From: Candidatus Heimdallarchaeota archaeon
GTDB lineage: Archaea; Asgardarchaeota; Heimdallarchaeia; Hodarchaeales; Hodarchaeaceae
Direction: 5' to 3'
Assembly (NCBI GenBank): GCA_011364965.1
Contig: RDOB01000001.1
Span: forward strand, 96,001 to 160,000
Length of the DNA stretch: 64,000 nucleotides
Positions 9,905 to 19,785 of this stretch are shown here, piece by piece; position 1 is the stretch's first letter; every line of letters starts with the position of its first letter. Both the position numbers and the translations under genes were made by a program. Under the pieces are notes generated by a model. It saw nothing but the letters and a program-made list of their open reading frames with translations, made no database searches and was not told the origin of the DNA.

Positions 9905-11794
9905 ATGGAAAGATATGCAATTCTTTCAGATGAAAAAATATATATTCCAGACACATCTGTTATTATCAATGCAGGAATGAGAAAACTTCTGGAAAAGAAT
10001 AAAATTGAAGCAGACTCTAAAATAATTCTCCATGCTTCTTTAATCTCAGAATTAGAGCATCAAGCAAATGAGGGAGAGAAAACGGGAATTACTGGTTTAA
10101 ATGAACTTATTCATCTACGAGAGATTTGTAAACATAGGAATATAGAAATTGAATATGGAGGTCGTCGTCCAAGGCTTTCAGAGATTAAAAGGGCTCATAG
10201 TGGGGAGATTGACGCGATAATTCGAGATTTTGCATATGAACAGAATGGAATTTTGATAACCTCTGATACTGTTCAGAATCTGAGCTCTAAAGCAATTGGA
10301 ATAGAGACATTATTTGTGCCAAGTAAGCGTCTAGATCCGAGTACGAAAAGTTTAAGGATAGAAGAGTATTTCGATAACGAAACAATGAGTATTCATTTAA
10401 AACAGGGAGTTCCAGCTTATATTAAGCGAGGAAAACCAGGAGAAGTCAGGTTTGAAAAATTTTCCGATGAAATCCTTTCCAAAGAATTCCTTAAAAAACT
10501 TGCATACGAAATAACCGAGAAAGCACAAATTTTTGAGAATACTTTTATCGAAATTGACCGACCAGCCTCCACAATCATTCAATATGAAAACATTAGAATA
10601 GTTGTTTCCAAACCACCTTTTGCAGATGGATGGGAAATCACTGCTGTAAAGCCCCTAGTAAAATTAGCTATAACTGATTACAATATATCTAATAACCTCT
10701 TCAAACGGCTAGAAGAAAAAGCAGAAGGAATATTGGTAGCTGGAAGTCCCGGCACAGGAAAAACAACATTTGCTAGAGCATTAGCACTCTTCTATCAAGC
10801 TAAATCAAAGATAATAAAAACGATTGAATCTCCTAGAGATCTCGATTTAAACGCAGAAATTACTCAGTATTCAAAAAATTTTGGTACACACTCGGAGATT
10901 CAAGATATTCTCCTGCTATCAAGACCCGATTATACCATTTTTGATGAAATTCGCGATACTGACGATTTTAAGTTATATACAGATCTGAGACTTGCTGGGA
11001 TTGGTTTAGTAGGCGTAATTCACTCAAGTACAGCAATTGATGCTATCCAAAGATTTATTGGAAGATTAGAGCTAGGTGTTATCCCCAGTGTACTTGATAC
11101 CATAATCTATATTGACGCAGGAAATATAGCACAGGTATTAGAAGTTAAAATGACAGTAAAAGTACCTGCAGGGTTAGTTGAAAGTGATTTAGCAAGACCT
11201 GTTGTACAAGTGCGAGATTTTGAAACTGGTGAACCAGTTTATGAAATGTATACCTTTGGGGAGCAAACAGTAGTAATTCCATTGAATGAGGATGTTATTA
11301 AAGACTCTGAATTGAGACCTCATCTTCAAAAGAATATTGAAGAAGCTATCCAACAGTTCGCCTCAAATCCTATATCTCTTGTCCCAAAAGATAAATATGG
11401 TCGCAGATACGAGGTGAAATGTGCTTCTTCAGACATTCCTTTCATAGTAGGAAGAGGAGGGGAGAATATAAAAATGATAGAAGCAACTTTTAACGTAAAA
11501 CTTGACGTAGATAAATCTGGTACGAATATGGGGAGTTCGGAACTCAATTTACTGCGATCTGAGATGATATCTGGAAAGAAAAGAACTCTTGTAATTAATT
11601 TCCCGAGGAAATGGAGAAACACAAATATAGAATTTTCTTTAAACAATTCTTCTACAGGACAAAATTTGCCGATTTTTGTAGCAACAACTTCGAAGAGCTC
11701 TAAAATTAAGATATCTGCCCGAAGTGAGGTAGGTCATACAATTTTAAACAGTCTAGAAGAAGGTTCAGAAAAAATCTACTGGAAAGTTGTTTAA
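9905..11794 (+). CDS. PIN-domain ATPase with KH domain (PINA-type)
   Basis: N-terminal PIN (PDTSVII), Walker A GSPGTGKT, FDEIR, KH-like VGRGGENIK. Confidence 0.9.
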   Translation: MERYAILSDEKIYIPDTSVIINAGMRKLLEKNKIEADSKIILHASLISELEHQANEGEKTGITGLNELIHLREICKHRNIEIEYGGRRPRLSEIKRAHSGEIDAIIRDFAYEQNGILITSDTVQNLSSKAIGIETLFVPSKRLDPSTKSLRIEEYFDNETMSIHLKQGVPAYIKRGKPGEVRFEKFSDEILSKEFLKKLAYEITEKAQIFENTFIEIDRPASTIIQYENIRIVVSKPPFADGWEITAVKPLVKLAITDYNISNNLFKRLEEKAEGILVAGSPGTGKTTFARALALFYQAKSKIIKTIESPRDLDLNAEITQYSKNFGTHSEIQDILLLSRPDYTIFDEIRDTDDFKLYTDLRLAGIGLVGVIHSSTAIDAIQRFIGRLELGVIPSVLDTIIYIDAGNIAQVLEVKMTVKVPAGLVESDLARPVVQVRDFETGEPVYEMYTFGEQTVVIPLNEDVIKDSELRPHLQKNIEEAIQQFASNPISLVPKDKYGRRYEVKCASSDIPFIVGRGGENIKMIEATFNVKLDVDKSGTNMGSSELNLLRSEMISGKKRTLVINFPRKWRNTNIEFSLNNSSTGQNLPIFVATTSKSSKIKISARSEVGHTILNSLEEGSEKIYWKVV

Positions 11795-11802
11795 AATTGA
11801 GG

Positions 11803-12522
11803 CTAATATCCTGTGATTTCACCAGAGAATTTTCCGACGATAACTCTATCTGCAGGATTACCAAAGATCCCATTTTCGATTACTCCTGGAATCTCATTTA
11901 TCTGTAATTCGAGATTATGAATTTCATTTGGTGATAAATCAGAGGAGAATAATTTTATATCTACGATATATCCAAAATTGTCACTTATCACAGGACCTAA
12001 TTTTTTTGTTCCTTGTCGTAGACTAACCGCTCCGAATTTCTTCAATAACTCAATTGTTCTCCGCCATCCAAAAGGCAGTATTTCTACTGCGACAGGAAAA
12101 TTTCCTAAAGCAGGAACAACCTTGCTTTCATCAACTATCAAGATGAATTGTATAGATGAATTTCTTACCAGTTTTTCTCGAGTTAAAGCTCCACCTCCTC
12201 CTTTTATGGCCTGTTTTTCTGGGTTTACGCTATCAGCTCCATCAATTGTAATGTCTAGATCAAATTGAGGAAGATCAATAATTTGATGACTGGATTTAGC
12301 AAGAGAGTTTTGAAGATGAATTTTAGTATCTAATGAAGTAGGTACGATCTTCAAATTTCTTAATGCACTTTTATTTAGATAGGAAATTAAATATCGTACT
12401 GTAGTTCCGCTACCAACCCCAATATTCATGTTAGAGGATAAAAAATCGAGAGCTGCTTTCGCAGCAGCTTTTTTTGCAGCAGTTACATCCAAATGGGAAA
12501 TGATTATCTCCCTCGTAGACAA
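11803..12522 (-). CDS. rpiA: Ribose-5-phosphate isomerase A
   Basis: GVGSGTT, IDGAD, KGGGGALTREK motifs. Confidence 0.96.
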   Translation of the reverse strand: MSTREIIISHLDVTAAKKAAAKAALDFLSSNMNIGVGSGTTVRYLISYLNKSALRNLKIVPTSLDTKIHLQNSLAKSSHQIIDLPQFDLDITIDGADSVNPEKQAIKGGGGALTREKLVRNSSIQFILIVDESKVVPALGNFPVAVEILPFGWRRTIELLKKFGAVSLRQGTKKLGPVISDNFGYIVDIKLFSSDLSPNEIHNLELQINEIPGVIENGIFGNPADRVIVGKFSGEITGY

Positions 12523-12524
12523 GC

Positions 12525-14183
12525 TTACTCTTCTTTGAATATTTCCCTCAATCTACGTAGTTCTTTCAACATTTCACCTCTTAATTCAGCAATGCTTGTA
12601 GATCTTGCATCAGCAATCAAATCCAGAGGTGATTTATCAGGGGCTGGAGGGGCTACAGAAGGGCTAGGTGCTGGGGGAGGTGTAATACTTGGACTAACTG
12701 AGGGAATTGTTGGAGGAGGAGTGGGAATAGCTTTGGGAGGCGGAGTGGGGGGAGTAACAGGTGTTGAAGGAGGGGGTGAGGGAGCTACGGTAGGTTGCAT
12801 AGCAACAGGTGCTTCTTGTGTATCACTTAGAGCTGCAGCAAATAATGATTCGACATCTTTAGATGCAGGAATCGCACTTTTCTTCCGATACCCTTCTAAT
12901 TGAGCTTTAACAGTACGGTGTTGATCTTGATAATATTTTATGAGGGATTCATACACCCTTGGTCTTAGCTTGTCTTTTCTCGCTGCTTCCTTGATATGCT
13001 TTATCATCGCGTCATTAGACCGATTAATTAGTTCTAAGTAGAATACCATTTCACCAGCATTAGCATCAATATCTGGGATGGATGCTCCACTGGGCAATCC
13101 GCCTAAAGAATCACCTGATTCTTGTGTTTCAAAATAAGCAACGGAACATACAAAAACTAATCCAACCATCGTGATTGCCATCCCATATATATACAGAGAA
13201 TCCCAAGGTAATCCAAGATTTAGAAAACTCAAACCTTCAGCAAGTTCAGGGGAATTAGGAAGTACTAAAACAAGAGAAGTTATAACAACTATAATTCCGA
13301 TAATAAAAATAAAAATCCAGAAAATTTGTATCTTCTTTAAGATTCCATAGGAGTTTTCATTACCCCCAAGTAATGCTAAACCTAAAATAAATACGAAACA
13401 GCCAAATAGAAAGACAATTTGCCAATCTATCCCCAGTGAATCCGAAGGTATTATTCCTAGGTATAACATTAGCGAAAGGAAAAATAGAATGAAACCAACA
13501 AGAGCTACTATTATCCAGAGTATCTTTAATTTGGAAAGAAGGTTTTGATAATTATAGCTTGAAGTAACAAATAAAGGTAAGATACCAATGAAGAGTATAA
13601 CGCCACCAATGATTCCAAAGAGTAACCAATCGAAACCGAGATCAATAATCTCAAGTGCGATAAAGGAACTTGCTAAAATCAAAAATATACCGATTAAAGT
13701 CAATACCATGAAAATTATTTTGAAATCCCACACTCTTTCCTTATCTTGAATACTAAATACGATTGGAGAAAACCCAAATATTATCAGAAAGGTTGAAATT
13801 ATCAAATAGTCAAACCAAGAATGTAGAGGGTCTAAAGGTGCCATACTTCCTGTATAAACCAAAAATGAGTAAATGAGGATCAGAATTCCTAAAGACACAA
13901 GTAAAATTAAATGAAAGTAGATTTTTTTAACTCCTTTTTTTGTTGGAGGATCAAAAACGGCAAAAACTGGGAAAAAACCAATTACCATTAGGAAGAAGCT
14001 AAATGCAAGCACAATACGATAGTTAAAACCTAGAAATAGCCGATCCCAAGTAACAGGAACTCTTAAATAATATACATATGAGGCTAATCCACTGAAGAAT
14101 AAAATCCCAATAATAAAGAGCAATATACCAAGACCAGAGAGAGTCAAAAGAATCCTTGATGATTTTACAACCGTATTTCTCAA
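12525..14183 (-). CDS. Multi-pass membrane protein with cytoplasmic polyproline tract and C-terminal amphipathic helix
   Basis: About 10 hydrophobic segments; PSPPPSTPVTPPTPPPKAIPTPPP tract; ends [23 protein letters not shown]. Confidence 0.7.
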   Translation of the reverse strand: MRNTVVKSSRILLTLSGLGILLFIIGILFFSGLASYVYYLRVPVTWDRLFLGFNYRIVLAFSFFLMVIGFFPVFAVFDPPTKKGVKKIYFHLILLVSLGILILIYSFLVYTGSMAPLDPLHSWFDYLIISTFLIIFGFSPIVFSIQDKERVWDFKIIFMVLTLIGIFLILASSFIALEIIDLGFDWLLFGIIGGVILFIGILPLFVTSSYNYQNLLSKLKILWIIVALVGFILFFLSLMLYLGIIPSDSLGIDWQIVFLFGCFVFILGLALLGGNENSYGILKKIQIFWIFIFIIGIIVVITSLVLVLPNSPELAEGLSFLNLGLPWDSLYIYGMAITMVGLVFVCSVAYFETQESGDSLGGLPSGASIPDIDANAGEMVFYLELINRSNDAMIKHIKEAARKDKLRPRVYESLIKYYQDQHRTVKAQLEGYRKKSAIPASKDVESLFAAALSDTQEAPVAMQPTVAPSPPPSTPVTPPTPPPKAIPTPPPTIPSVSPSITPPPAPSPSVAPPAPDKSPLDLIADARSTSIAELRGEMLKELRRLREIFKEE

Positions 14184-14718
14184 TTCAAGCGTTCTCCTAA
14201 GAGATTATGGTTGAATAACCGTCCACGAGGTTATTTGCGTGATTTACATTTATTTTGTTATTATTAACGTGTATTTCAACCGTTTTATATTACTATGATA
14301 ATTTCGAACGAATCCTTTTAAAATCTAGTGGAATCTAAGAAATATCCCATCCATTCTTTTTATACTCCAATTCCATGTTTTAGGCGTTTATTAAGAAGAA
14401 AGAGTGTTTTTTCACTAAAAGTACTTAAGGAATTTATTATTACTCTCATAAAAGGTGAAATCATTCAAATTTTCCCTCTAAAAAGAAAATTGACCTGAAA
14501 TTGAATATTATTACTTGAACCTATGTGTTATATTGCAAACACCATATAAGAGTGTAATTGGACTTAAATAACTACAAATGAATAATTTAAAGCAACAAAT
14601 AGTTCTATTGGTTTTCTTTTTGATAATTAAATAGTCAATTTGACTAAGAAAAAATAAAAAATAAAATGATAAGAGGAAATTGCAAGTTGAATCTAGTCTA
14701 AAATATATTTGAATATTT

Positions 14719-14833
14719 GCCGAGGTATTCTAGTCCGGTAGGAAGCATGCCTGGAACGTTACTGTAAGGAAATCTTCATACATCAGGCAGCATGTGCTCT
14801 CTGAGCTCAGGAGTTCAAATCTCCTCCTCGGCG
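14719..14833 (+). tRNA. tRNA-Ser(GGA) with 32-nt canonical 37/38 intron (14757-14788)
   Basis: GCCGAGG/CCTCGGC acceptor; CATGC-CT-GGA-A[intron]A-GCATG anticodon arm; long variable arm; GTTCAAATC. Confidence 0.92.
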
Positions 14834-14984
14834 TTCAATTTACTATAAACAGAGAACATTTTGCAAAGCAAAAATCTAGTAATTAAAAGAAAATAAGACG
14901 CATAATGATAATATAGGTTCACTAAACTCCTTGAAAAATAGAGTAGAATGAATAAACTCGTACTAAAATGGTGGGAATACCGCT

Positions 14985-15431
14985 TTGGAATATAATCATC
15001 AATTAAGAATAGCAGGGGCCGATTGTAGAGGAGACTGGCTAGTCGCACACGCCCTCACGAAGATAAAAGGTGTCGGATATCGATTATCGGAGCTTATTTG
15101 CGAAAAAGCGGATCTGGATCCCGAAATGCGTTGTGGATTTTTAACTGAGGAAGAAATTCAGTTAATTGAGGATATTTTATCAAATTGTCCTGCATTTGGG
15201 ATTCCAGCATGGATGTTGAATCGACAAAAAGATGTCGAAACTGGAGAAGATTTCCACATAATTAGTAGCGATTTAATTGATACATTAAGATTAGATATAG
15301 AACGAGAGAAGAAAACTCGTTCTTATAGGGGGATACGTCACTACCTCGGTCTACCAGTTCGTGGACAAAGAACCAAAACATCGGGACGGGGTGGCGCAAC
15401 GATAGGAGTATCAAAAAAGAAAAAGGCTTAA
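14985..15431 (+). CDS. rps13: Ribosomal protein uS13
   Basis: ALTKIKGVG; SYRGIRH..GLPVRGQRTK. Confidence 0.97.
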   Translation: MEYNHQLRIAGADCRGDWLVAHALTKIKGVGYRLSELICEKADLDPEMRCGFLTEEEIQLIEDILSNCPAFGIPAWMLNRQKDVETGEDFHIISSDLIDTLRLDIEREKKTRSYRGIRHYLGLPVRGQRTKTSGRGGATIGVSKKKKA

Positions 15432-15454
15432 TTGTATATTAGAGGCGAAATTCA

Positions 15455-16012
15455 ATGGGTGATCCGAGGAGATTACGTAAAAAACTTGAAGGTCCAAGAC
15501 ATCCTTTTAATAAAAGTCGATTTGAAGAAGAAATGCTTTACATGGGTCGATATGGATTACGAAATAAAAAAGAAATATGGAAAGCCCAAACAATGCTTAG
15601 AAAGTACCGAGCTCGCGCGCGAGCATCCCTAGCTTTATCTGAACAACAACGGGAAGAAGAAAGGAAAATACTTGTCAAAAAACTATATCGATTGGGAATT
15701 ATGCCAACAGAAGACGGTCCAACAGATGAAGTTCTATCACTTTCTGTTGAACAATTTTTAAAACGAAGACTTCAATCTCTTGTGTATGAATTAGGATTAG
15801 CAGGCTCCCCTTGGCAGGCACGACAGATGATAAACCATGGACATATTTCAATCCGAGGTCAGAAAGTTACCTCACCAAGTTACCATGTGATTAGAGGGGA
15901 AGAAGAAGAGATTAGTTATTCGCCTAGTTCAGTATTCAACGATCCAGCTCATCCTGGTCTTGCTATGGTTGCCTCAAGTACTCCTCATGCTGAAACGAAA
16001 TCTGATGAATAG
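15455..16012 (+). CDS. rps4: Ribosomal protein uS4
   Basis: MGDP; [10 protein letters not shown]; RRLQ; [10 protein letters not shown]. Confidence 0.97.
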   Translation: MGDPRRLRKKLEGPRHPFNKSRFEEEMLYMGRYGLRNKKEIWKAQTMLRKYRARARASLALSEQQREEERKILVKKLYRLGIMPTEDGPTDEVLSLSVEQFLKRRLQSLVYELGLAGSPWQARQMINHGHISIRGQKVTSPSYHVIRGEEEEISYSPSSVFNDPAHPGLAMVASSTPHAETKSDE

Positions 16013-16022
16013 GGTGAATCAT

Positions 16023-16424
16023 ATGTCGAAAAAAGTTCAAACTCCAACAATAGCTATCGCGCACATTTTGAGTTCCTATAACAATACTATTATTACACTT
16101 ACAGATATGACTGGCGCAGAAACAATTGTAAAATCCTCAGGCGGCCAAGTGGTTCGTGCTGACAGAAATCAATCCTCTCCGTACGCTGCAATGAAAGTAG
16201 GACATGAAATAGCAAGAATTGCTAAAGAACGAGGTATTAAAAGAATTGTAGTCAAAGTTCGTGCCCCAGGTGGTTCAGGCGCACGAAATCCAGGTCCTGG
16301 AGCGCAAGCTGCAATTCGAGCACTAGCTCGGTCGGGTCTGCAAATAACACGAATTGAAGAAGTCACTCCTATCCCCCATGATAGTACCAGACAACGCGGT
16401 GGAAGACGAGGAAGACGAGTATAA
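16023..16424 (+). CDS. rps11: Ribosomal protein uS11 (start reassigned to ATG 16023 after GGTGA)
   Basis: SSYNNTIIT; SSPYAAM; [14 protein letters not shown]; TPIPHD; GGRRGRRV. Confidence 0.97.
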   Translation: MSKKVQTPTIAIAHILSSYNNTIITLTDMTGAETIVKSSGGQVVRADRNQSSPYAAMKVGHEIARIAKERGIKRIVVKVRAPGGSGARNPGPGAQAAIRALARSGLQITRIEEVTPIPHDSTRQRGGRRGRRV

Positions 16425-16427
16425 TTC

Positions 16428-17408
16428 TTATTTCTTATTCTTTTTCCAAGAAGAAGGATAAGTATCCTTTTGCATCAAAATAGCTTTTGAATTAGCACAA
16501 ATTCCGTTTGTTTCTTCTAAAATCTGCTTTGTTGACAAAGTACTATAAGCTAAACCTACTAATTCGTCCTTCATTGAAAAAATTGCGACTAAATTACCTT
16601 TCTCTATCCCTGAACTCAAACGAATAACGCCTGGAATCGTTAATGCTGCTCCATGACATATTGCATTTATTGCCGAGTCTCGAATATATATTTTAGGCAC
16701 ATCGGAGCAAATAACTTCTATTGGTTTGATAATTTGCCTTATAGGAGCCTCATCATGCTCTTTTTGATAATAATACCAAGCATCATTTAAATCCTGAAGT
16801 GTTACTAGACTCTCCTCTGTAAAGGGGCCAGTTCGGACTCTTCTGAGTTCCTGCATATGAGCGCCTGTGCCTATTAACAATCCGATATCATGACATAATT
16901 TTCGAATATATGTACCTGCTTGACAACTGATTCTTAATAGGGATAATTGACCACTATAATGCTCTAACAACTCAAGTTTATATATTCGACGAACTCTTAA
17001 ACGTCTTTTTACGCTGCTTCTTATTGGAGGGGTCTGGAATATTTTTCCACGAAAATTATTTAATACATCATTCAATTTTTCGGTAGAAATAACGGCATGG
17101 GTTTTCATTACACAAATATATTCCTTTCCAGAAGGAAGTAATACCTGTAAAGCACGAGTTCCTCGTCCCAAAGCAATAGGAAGGCATCCTGTAACAGCAG
17201 GATCCAATGTTCCTCCGTGACCGGCTTTTTTGATATTTAAAATTTGTTTTACCCAGGCAGTAACTTCATGGGATGATGGATTGGCAGGTTTATCTAAATT
17301 TATTATTCCCAATTCAATTAATTCAGGTATAGTACGCAAAACTGGAGGTTTTCCGTACTTTGGATCAGTAAAATAATTCTCAATCTTATTATGGATGATA
17401 GCTACCAT
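16428..17408 (-). CDS. cbf5: H/ACA pseudouridine synthase Cbf5
   Basis: LDKP..PSSHEV, GHGGTLDP, GTYIRKLC motifs plus PUA domain. Confidence 0.96.
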   Translation of the reverse strand: MVAIIHNKIENYFTDPKYGKPPVLRTIPELIELGIINLDKPANPSSHEVTAWVKQILNIKKAGHGGTLDPAVTGCLPIALGRGTRALQVLLPSGKEYICVMKTHAVISTEKLNDVLNNFRGKIFQTPPIRSSVKRRLRVRRIYKLELLEHYSGQLSLLRISCQAGTYIRKLCHDIGLLIGTGAHMQELRRVRTGPFTEESLVTLQDLNDAWYYYQKEHDEAPIRQIIKPIEVICSDVPKIYIRDSAINAICHGAALTIPGVIRLSSGIEKGNLVAIFSMKDELVGLAYSTLSTKQILEETNGICANSKAILMQKDTYPSSWKKNKK

Positions 17409-17446
17409 ATTATTGACCTAAACTAATTCAGCACAATGATATCACA

Positions 17447-17725
17447 TCAAAGGTGGATCTTGACTGGAGTTTGGATCTCTTTGACAAAATTAGCTTTCTC
17501 TATCGCTTTTTGAATATCATCGTCGGAAGCATTCCGTTTTATGGGTATAGTGTGTTCTAAAGGACGAAGATGTTTTATATTACACCGACGTCTCTTCACA
17601 GGTGATACACCGCCACCTGAAATCAATACAAAATTAGCATCAACTAGATCTACTATAACTGCTTTTTGCAGAGATTCTCGCCCAGCAGTTTTAACCACAA
17701 CTCTACCAACTTCTAACACAGTCAT
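17447..17725 (-). CDS. rpl14e: Ribosomal protein eL14
   Basis: EVGRVVVKTAGRE; VKRRRCNIKHL. Confidence 0.95.
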   Translation of the reverse strand: MTVLEVGRVVVKTAGRESLQKAVIVDLVDANFVLISGGGVSPVKRRRCNIKHLRPLEHTIPIKRNASDDDIQKAIEKANFVKEIQTPVKIHL

Positions 17726-17946
17726 CTTTGATTCCTTCTCTTAATTGGTAAATCTATGCAAATGATTTCTTAAGATTAAGTTTATATCACTTGAATACAA
17801 ACGCATGAACGGATTTATGCTTGTATTTCTGCTTTAACTCATTTGTTGCCTCTTTTGAACTTCCCTTATATGGAATTCCATCATCTCAGGATTCGAATAA
17901 TTGATAGCGCGAATAATAAAACTCTTAGATCTAAATTGGCTTAACA

Positions 17947-18019
17947 GCCGCTGTGGCTTAGTTGGTAGAGCGACAGACTCGTAATCTGTTGGCCGGGGGT
18001 TCAAGTCCCCCCAGCGGCT
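17947..18019 (+). tRNA. tRNA-Thr(CGT)
   Basis: GCCGCTG/CAGCGGC acceptor; ACAGA-CT-CGT-AA-TCTGT; GGTTCAAGTCC. Confidence 0.95.
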
Positions 18020-18067
18020 TTATTTATGCTTTTAAATATATTTTGGAAATTAAATTAAGTTTTATGG

Positions 18068-18916
18068 TCAATCTAACCAATTACTCTTAAAAAAATCATT
18101 AAATATGTAAATGGGGAAGTTTGAATGATGGTCAATGATTTCGGTTAATTTCTCGATAGCTTCATGGTAATCTTTCTGAACTATTACCTTTAATTCAGCA
18201 CTATCTACTAATCTTTCCAGTTGTGCAAAATATTCCTTGGTTCTGTTTTTCCATTCCCCTCTTGCTCTCCGATCTAATCGATAAATAATCGGGGTCTCAA
18301 TTTCTTTAATTCTCAATCCTTTTTTATTCGCATAATGCCAAAATACCAAAGGAAAAGCATAACCAGCATCTCCGATGGCTGAAGATAATATTTCAGTTCT
18401 ATAACCTTTTAATCCACAAAAAGCATCGGTTAGATTCAAGTTAAAGCATCGGTTTATTGTTCGTGTTATTAGCATGTTTGTAACATATCTATCAACTGGC
18501 ACTTTTGTATTTTGCTTCCAAAACCTGTAGGTCAGATAACGACTTGTTGAAACAATGTGGATGTCAGGTTCTTGAACCATAATTTCTAGAATTTCTTTAA
18601 TACTTACTGGATCATGTTGAAGATCTGCATCAAATGTAATAAGTATGTCATATGCTAATTTTGCATGTTTAAATAATGTAAGAATTGTTTGTCCATATCC
18701 ACGCGGTCCATCTGAATGTCGAATACATTTCAAAGGAAATTTTTTGGATAGATGAAGACAGATATCTTTTGATTTATCTGTACTGCCATCATCAACCAAT
18801 ATGACTGAGATGTCGTAAGTTGAACATTCAGTACTTATAAAATTAAAAAGTGAATGGACACATTCAGATAAATAAGCTTGCTCATTAAATAAGGGGATTC
18901 CAATCAAGATCTTCAT
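18068..18916 (-). CDS. Glycosyltransferase family 2 (DPM1-like)
   Basis: IPLFNE, VDDGSTD, DADLQH, TDAFCGLK motifs. Confidence 0.9.
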   Translation of the reverse strand: MKILIGIPLFNEQAYLSECVHSLFNFISTECSTYDISVILVDDGSTDKSKDICLHLSKKFPLKCIRHSDGPRGYGQTILTLFKHAKLAYDILITFDADLQHDPVSIKEILEIMVQEPDIHIVSTSRYLTYRFWKQNTKVPVDRYVTNMLITRTINRCFNLNLTDAFCGLKGYRTEILSSAIGDAGYAFPLVFWHYANKKGLRIKEIETPIIYRLDRRARGEWKNRTKEYFAQLERLVDSAELKVIVQKDYHEAIEKLTEIIDHHSNFPIYIFNDFFKSNWLD

Positions 18917-19185
18917 CGATATTTTTCTCGCTTTTCTTTTAGCTTTTAATGGCAGTAATTTGTGATTGGTTTGATATTTATCAACCCTTTGAATCTGACA
19001 ATGTCGTGATCAGGGATTAATTTGTTATGCTTTCTAATCGTACAAAACGAAGGAACTAAGAATTAGTACCCTTAAATTTTTAAAATCTAATTATTTCCCT
19101 TAAAACAAATCTTAATGAGTAGTATTGGTAATTTTGTGTCTTTTCTTACAGATATAAAAAAAAATAAGGAGACTGAAACAGCGGT

Positions 19186-19614
19186 ATGGCAGATCCTGAT
19201 CCTGAACTTCAAAAAATCCTAAATCAAAAGGTAAAAGTTCTCCAAGCAAGGGCAAAATTCTTTGAAGATGTTAACCAGAATGGTGTTAATAATGTGGAGG
19301 ATCATAATATTAACGAATTAATTTCCAAAAGCCCAATTCCAGTAATTGTAGATTTTTCTGCAGACTCGTGGTGTAAGCCTTGTAAGGTAATGGCTCCGAT
19401 TTACGAGGAACTAAGTCATGAATATGCTGAAAGAGTACTTTTCTTAAAAATCAATACTGATCATAACCGCAGAGCTTCAGAACAATATCGAATAATGTCA
19501 GTTCCTACTTTTATGATGTTTAAAGAAGGAAAAAAATTTGCCCAAAAACTAGGAGCAGCACCAAAACCAAAATTTAAAGCTTGGATTGATGAAGTACTAC
19601 ATCGAATGCAATAG
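19186..19614 (+). CDS. trxA: Thioredoxin with N-terminal extension
   Basis: WCKPC active site; cis-Pro SVPT. Confidence 0.93.
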   Translation: MADPDPELQKILNQKVKVLQARAKFFEDVNQNGVNNVEDHNINELISKSPIPVIVDFSADSWCKPCKVMAPIYEELSHEYAERVLFLKINTDHNRRASEQYRIMSVPTFMMFKEGKKFAQKLGAAPKPKFKAWIDEVLHRMQ

Positions 19615-19667
19615 CTAAATCTATTAACCACATTGAAGATATAAGTAAATTAATTGAGCGTCTGATT

Positions 19668-19736
19668 ATGAGAGAAAAGTGGAAGAAAAAGCGTTTAAGA
19701 AAGAGAAAACGAAAAGAAAGAAGAAGAAAAGGTTAA
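19668..19736 (+). CDS. rpl41e: Ribosomal protein eL41 (eS32), 22 aa, absent from ORF track
   Basis: MREKWKKKRLRKRKRKERRRKG matches the eL41 pattern MRxKWxKKRxR. Confidence 0.88.
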   Translation: MREKWKKKRLRKRKRKERRRKG

Positions 19737-19785
19737 TGATGTCTTCTCTTGTACTTTTTATCCTAATGTTAATTAGTTAAAATCA

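Noticed and set aside
12493-12903. Gly-rich 136-aa plus-strand ORF
   Set aside because: Antisense shadow of the polyproline codons
14184-14718. Long AT-rich intergenic region
   Set aside because: No repeats, ORF or structure recognised; likely divergent promoter region
14815-15048. 77-aa minus-strand ORF
   Set aside because: Overlaps tRNA-Ser and rps13 in antisense; no motif
15432-15632. 66-aa ORF overlapping rps4
   Set aside because: Alternate frame inside a conserved gene
15960-16022. N-terminal extension of uS11
   Set aside because: Overlaps rps4; ATG 16023 with GGTGA upstream is the better start
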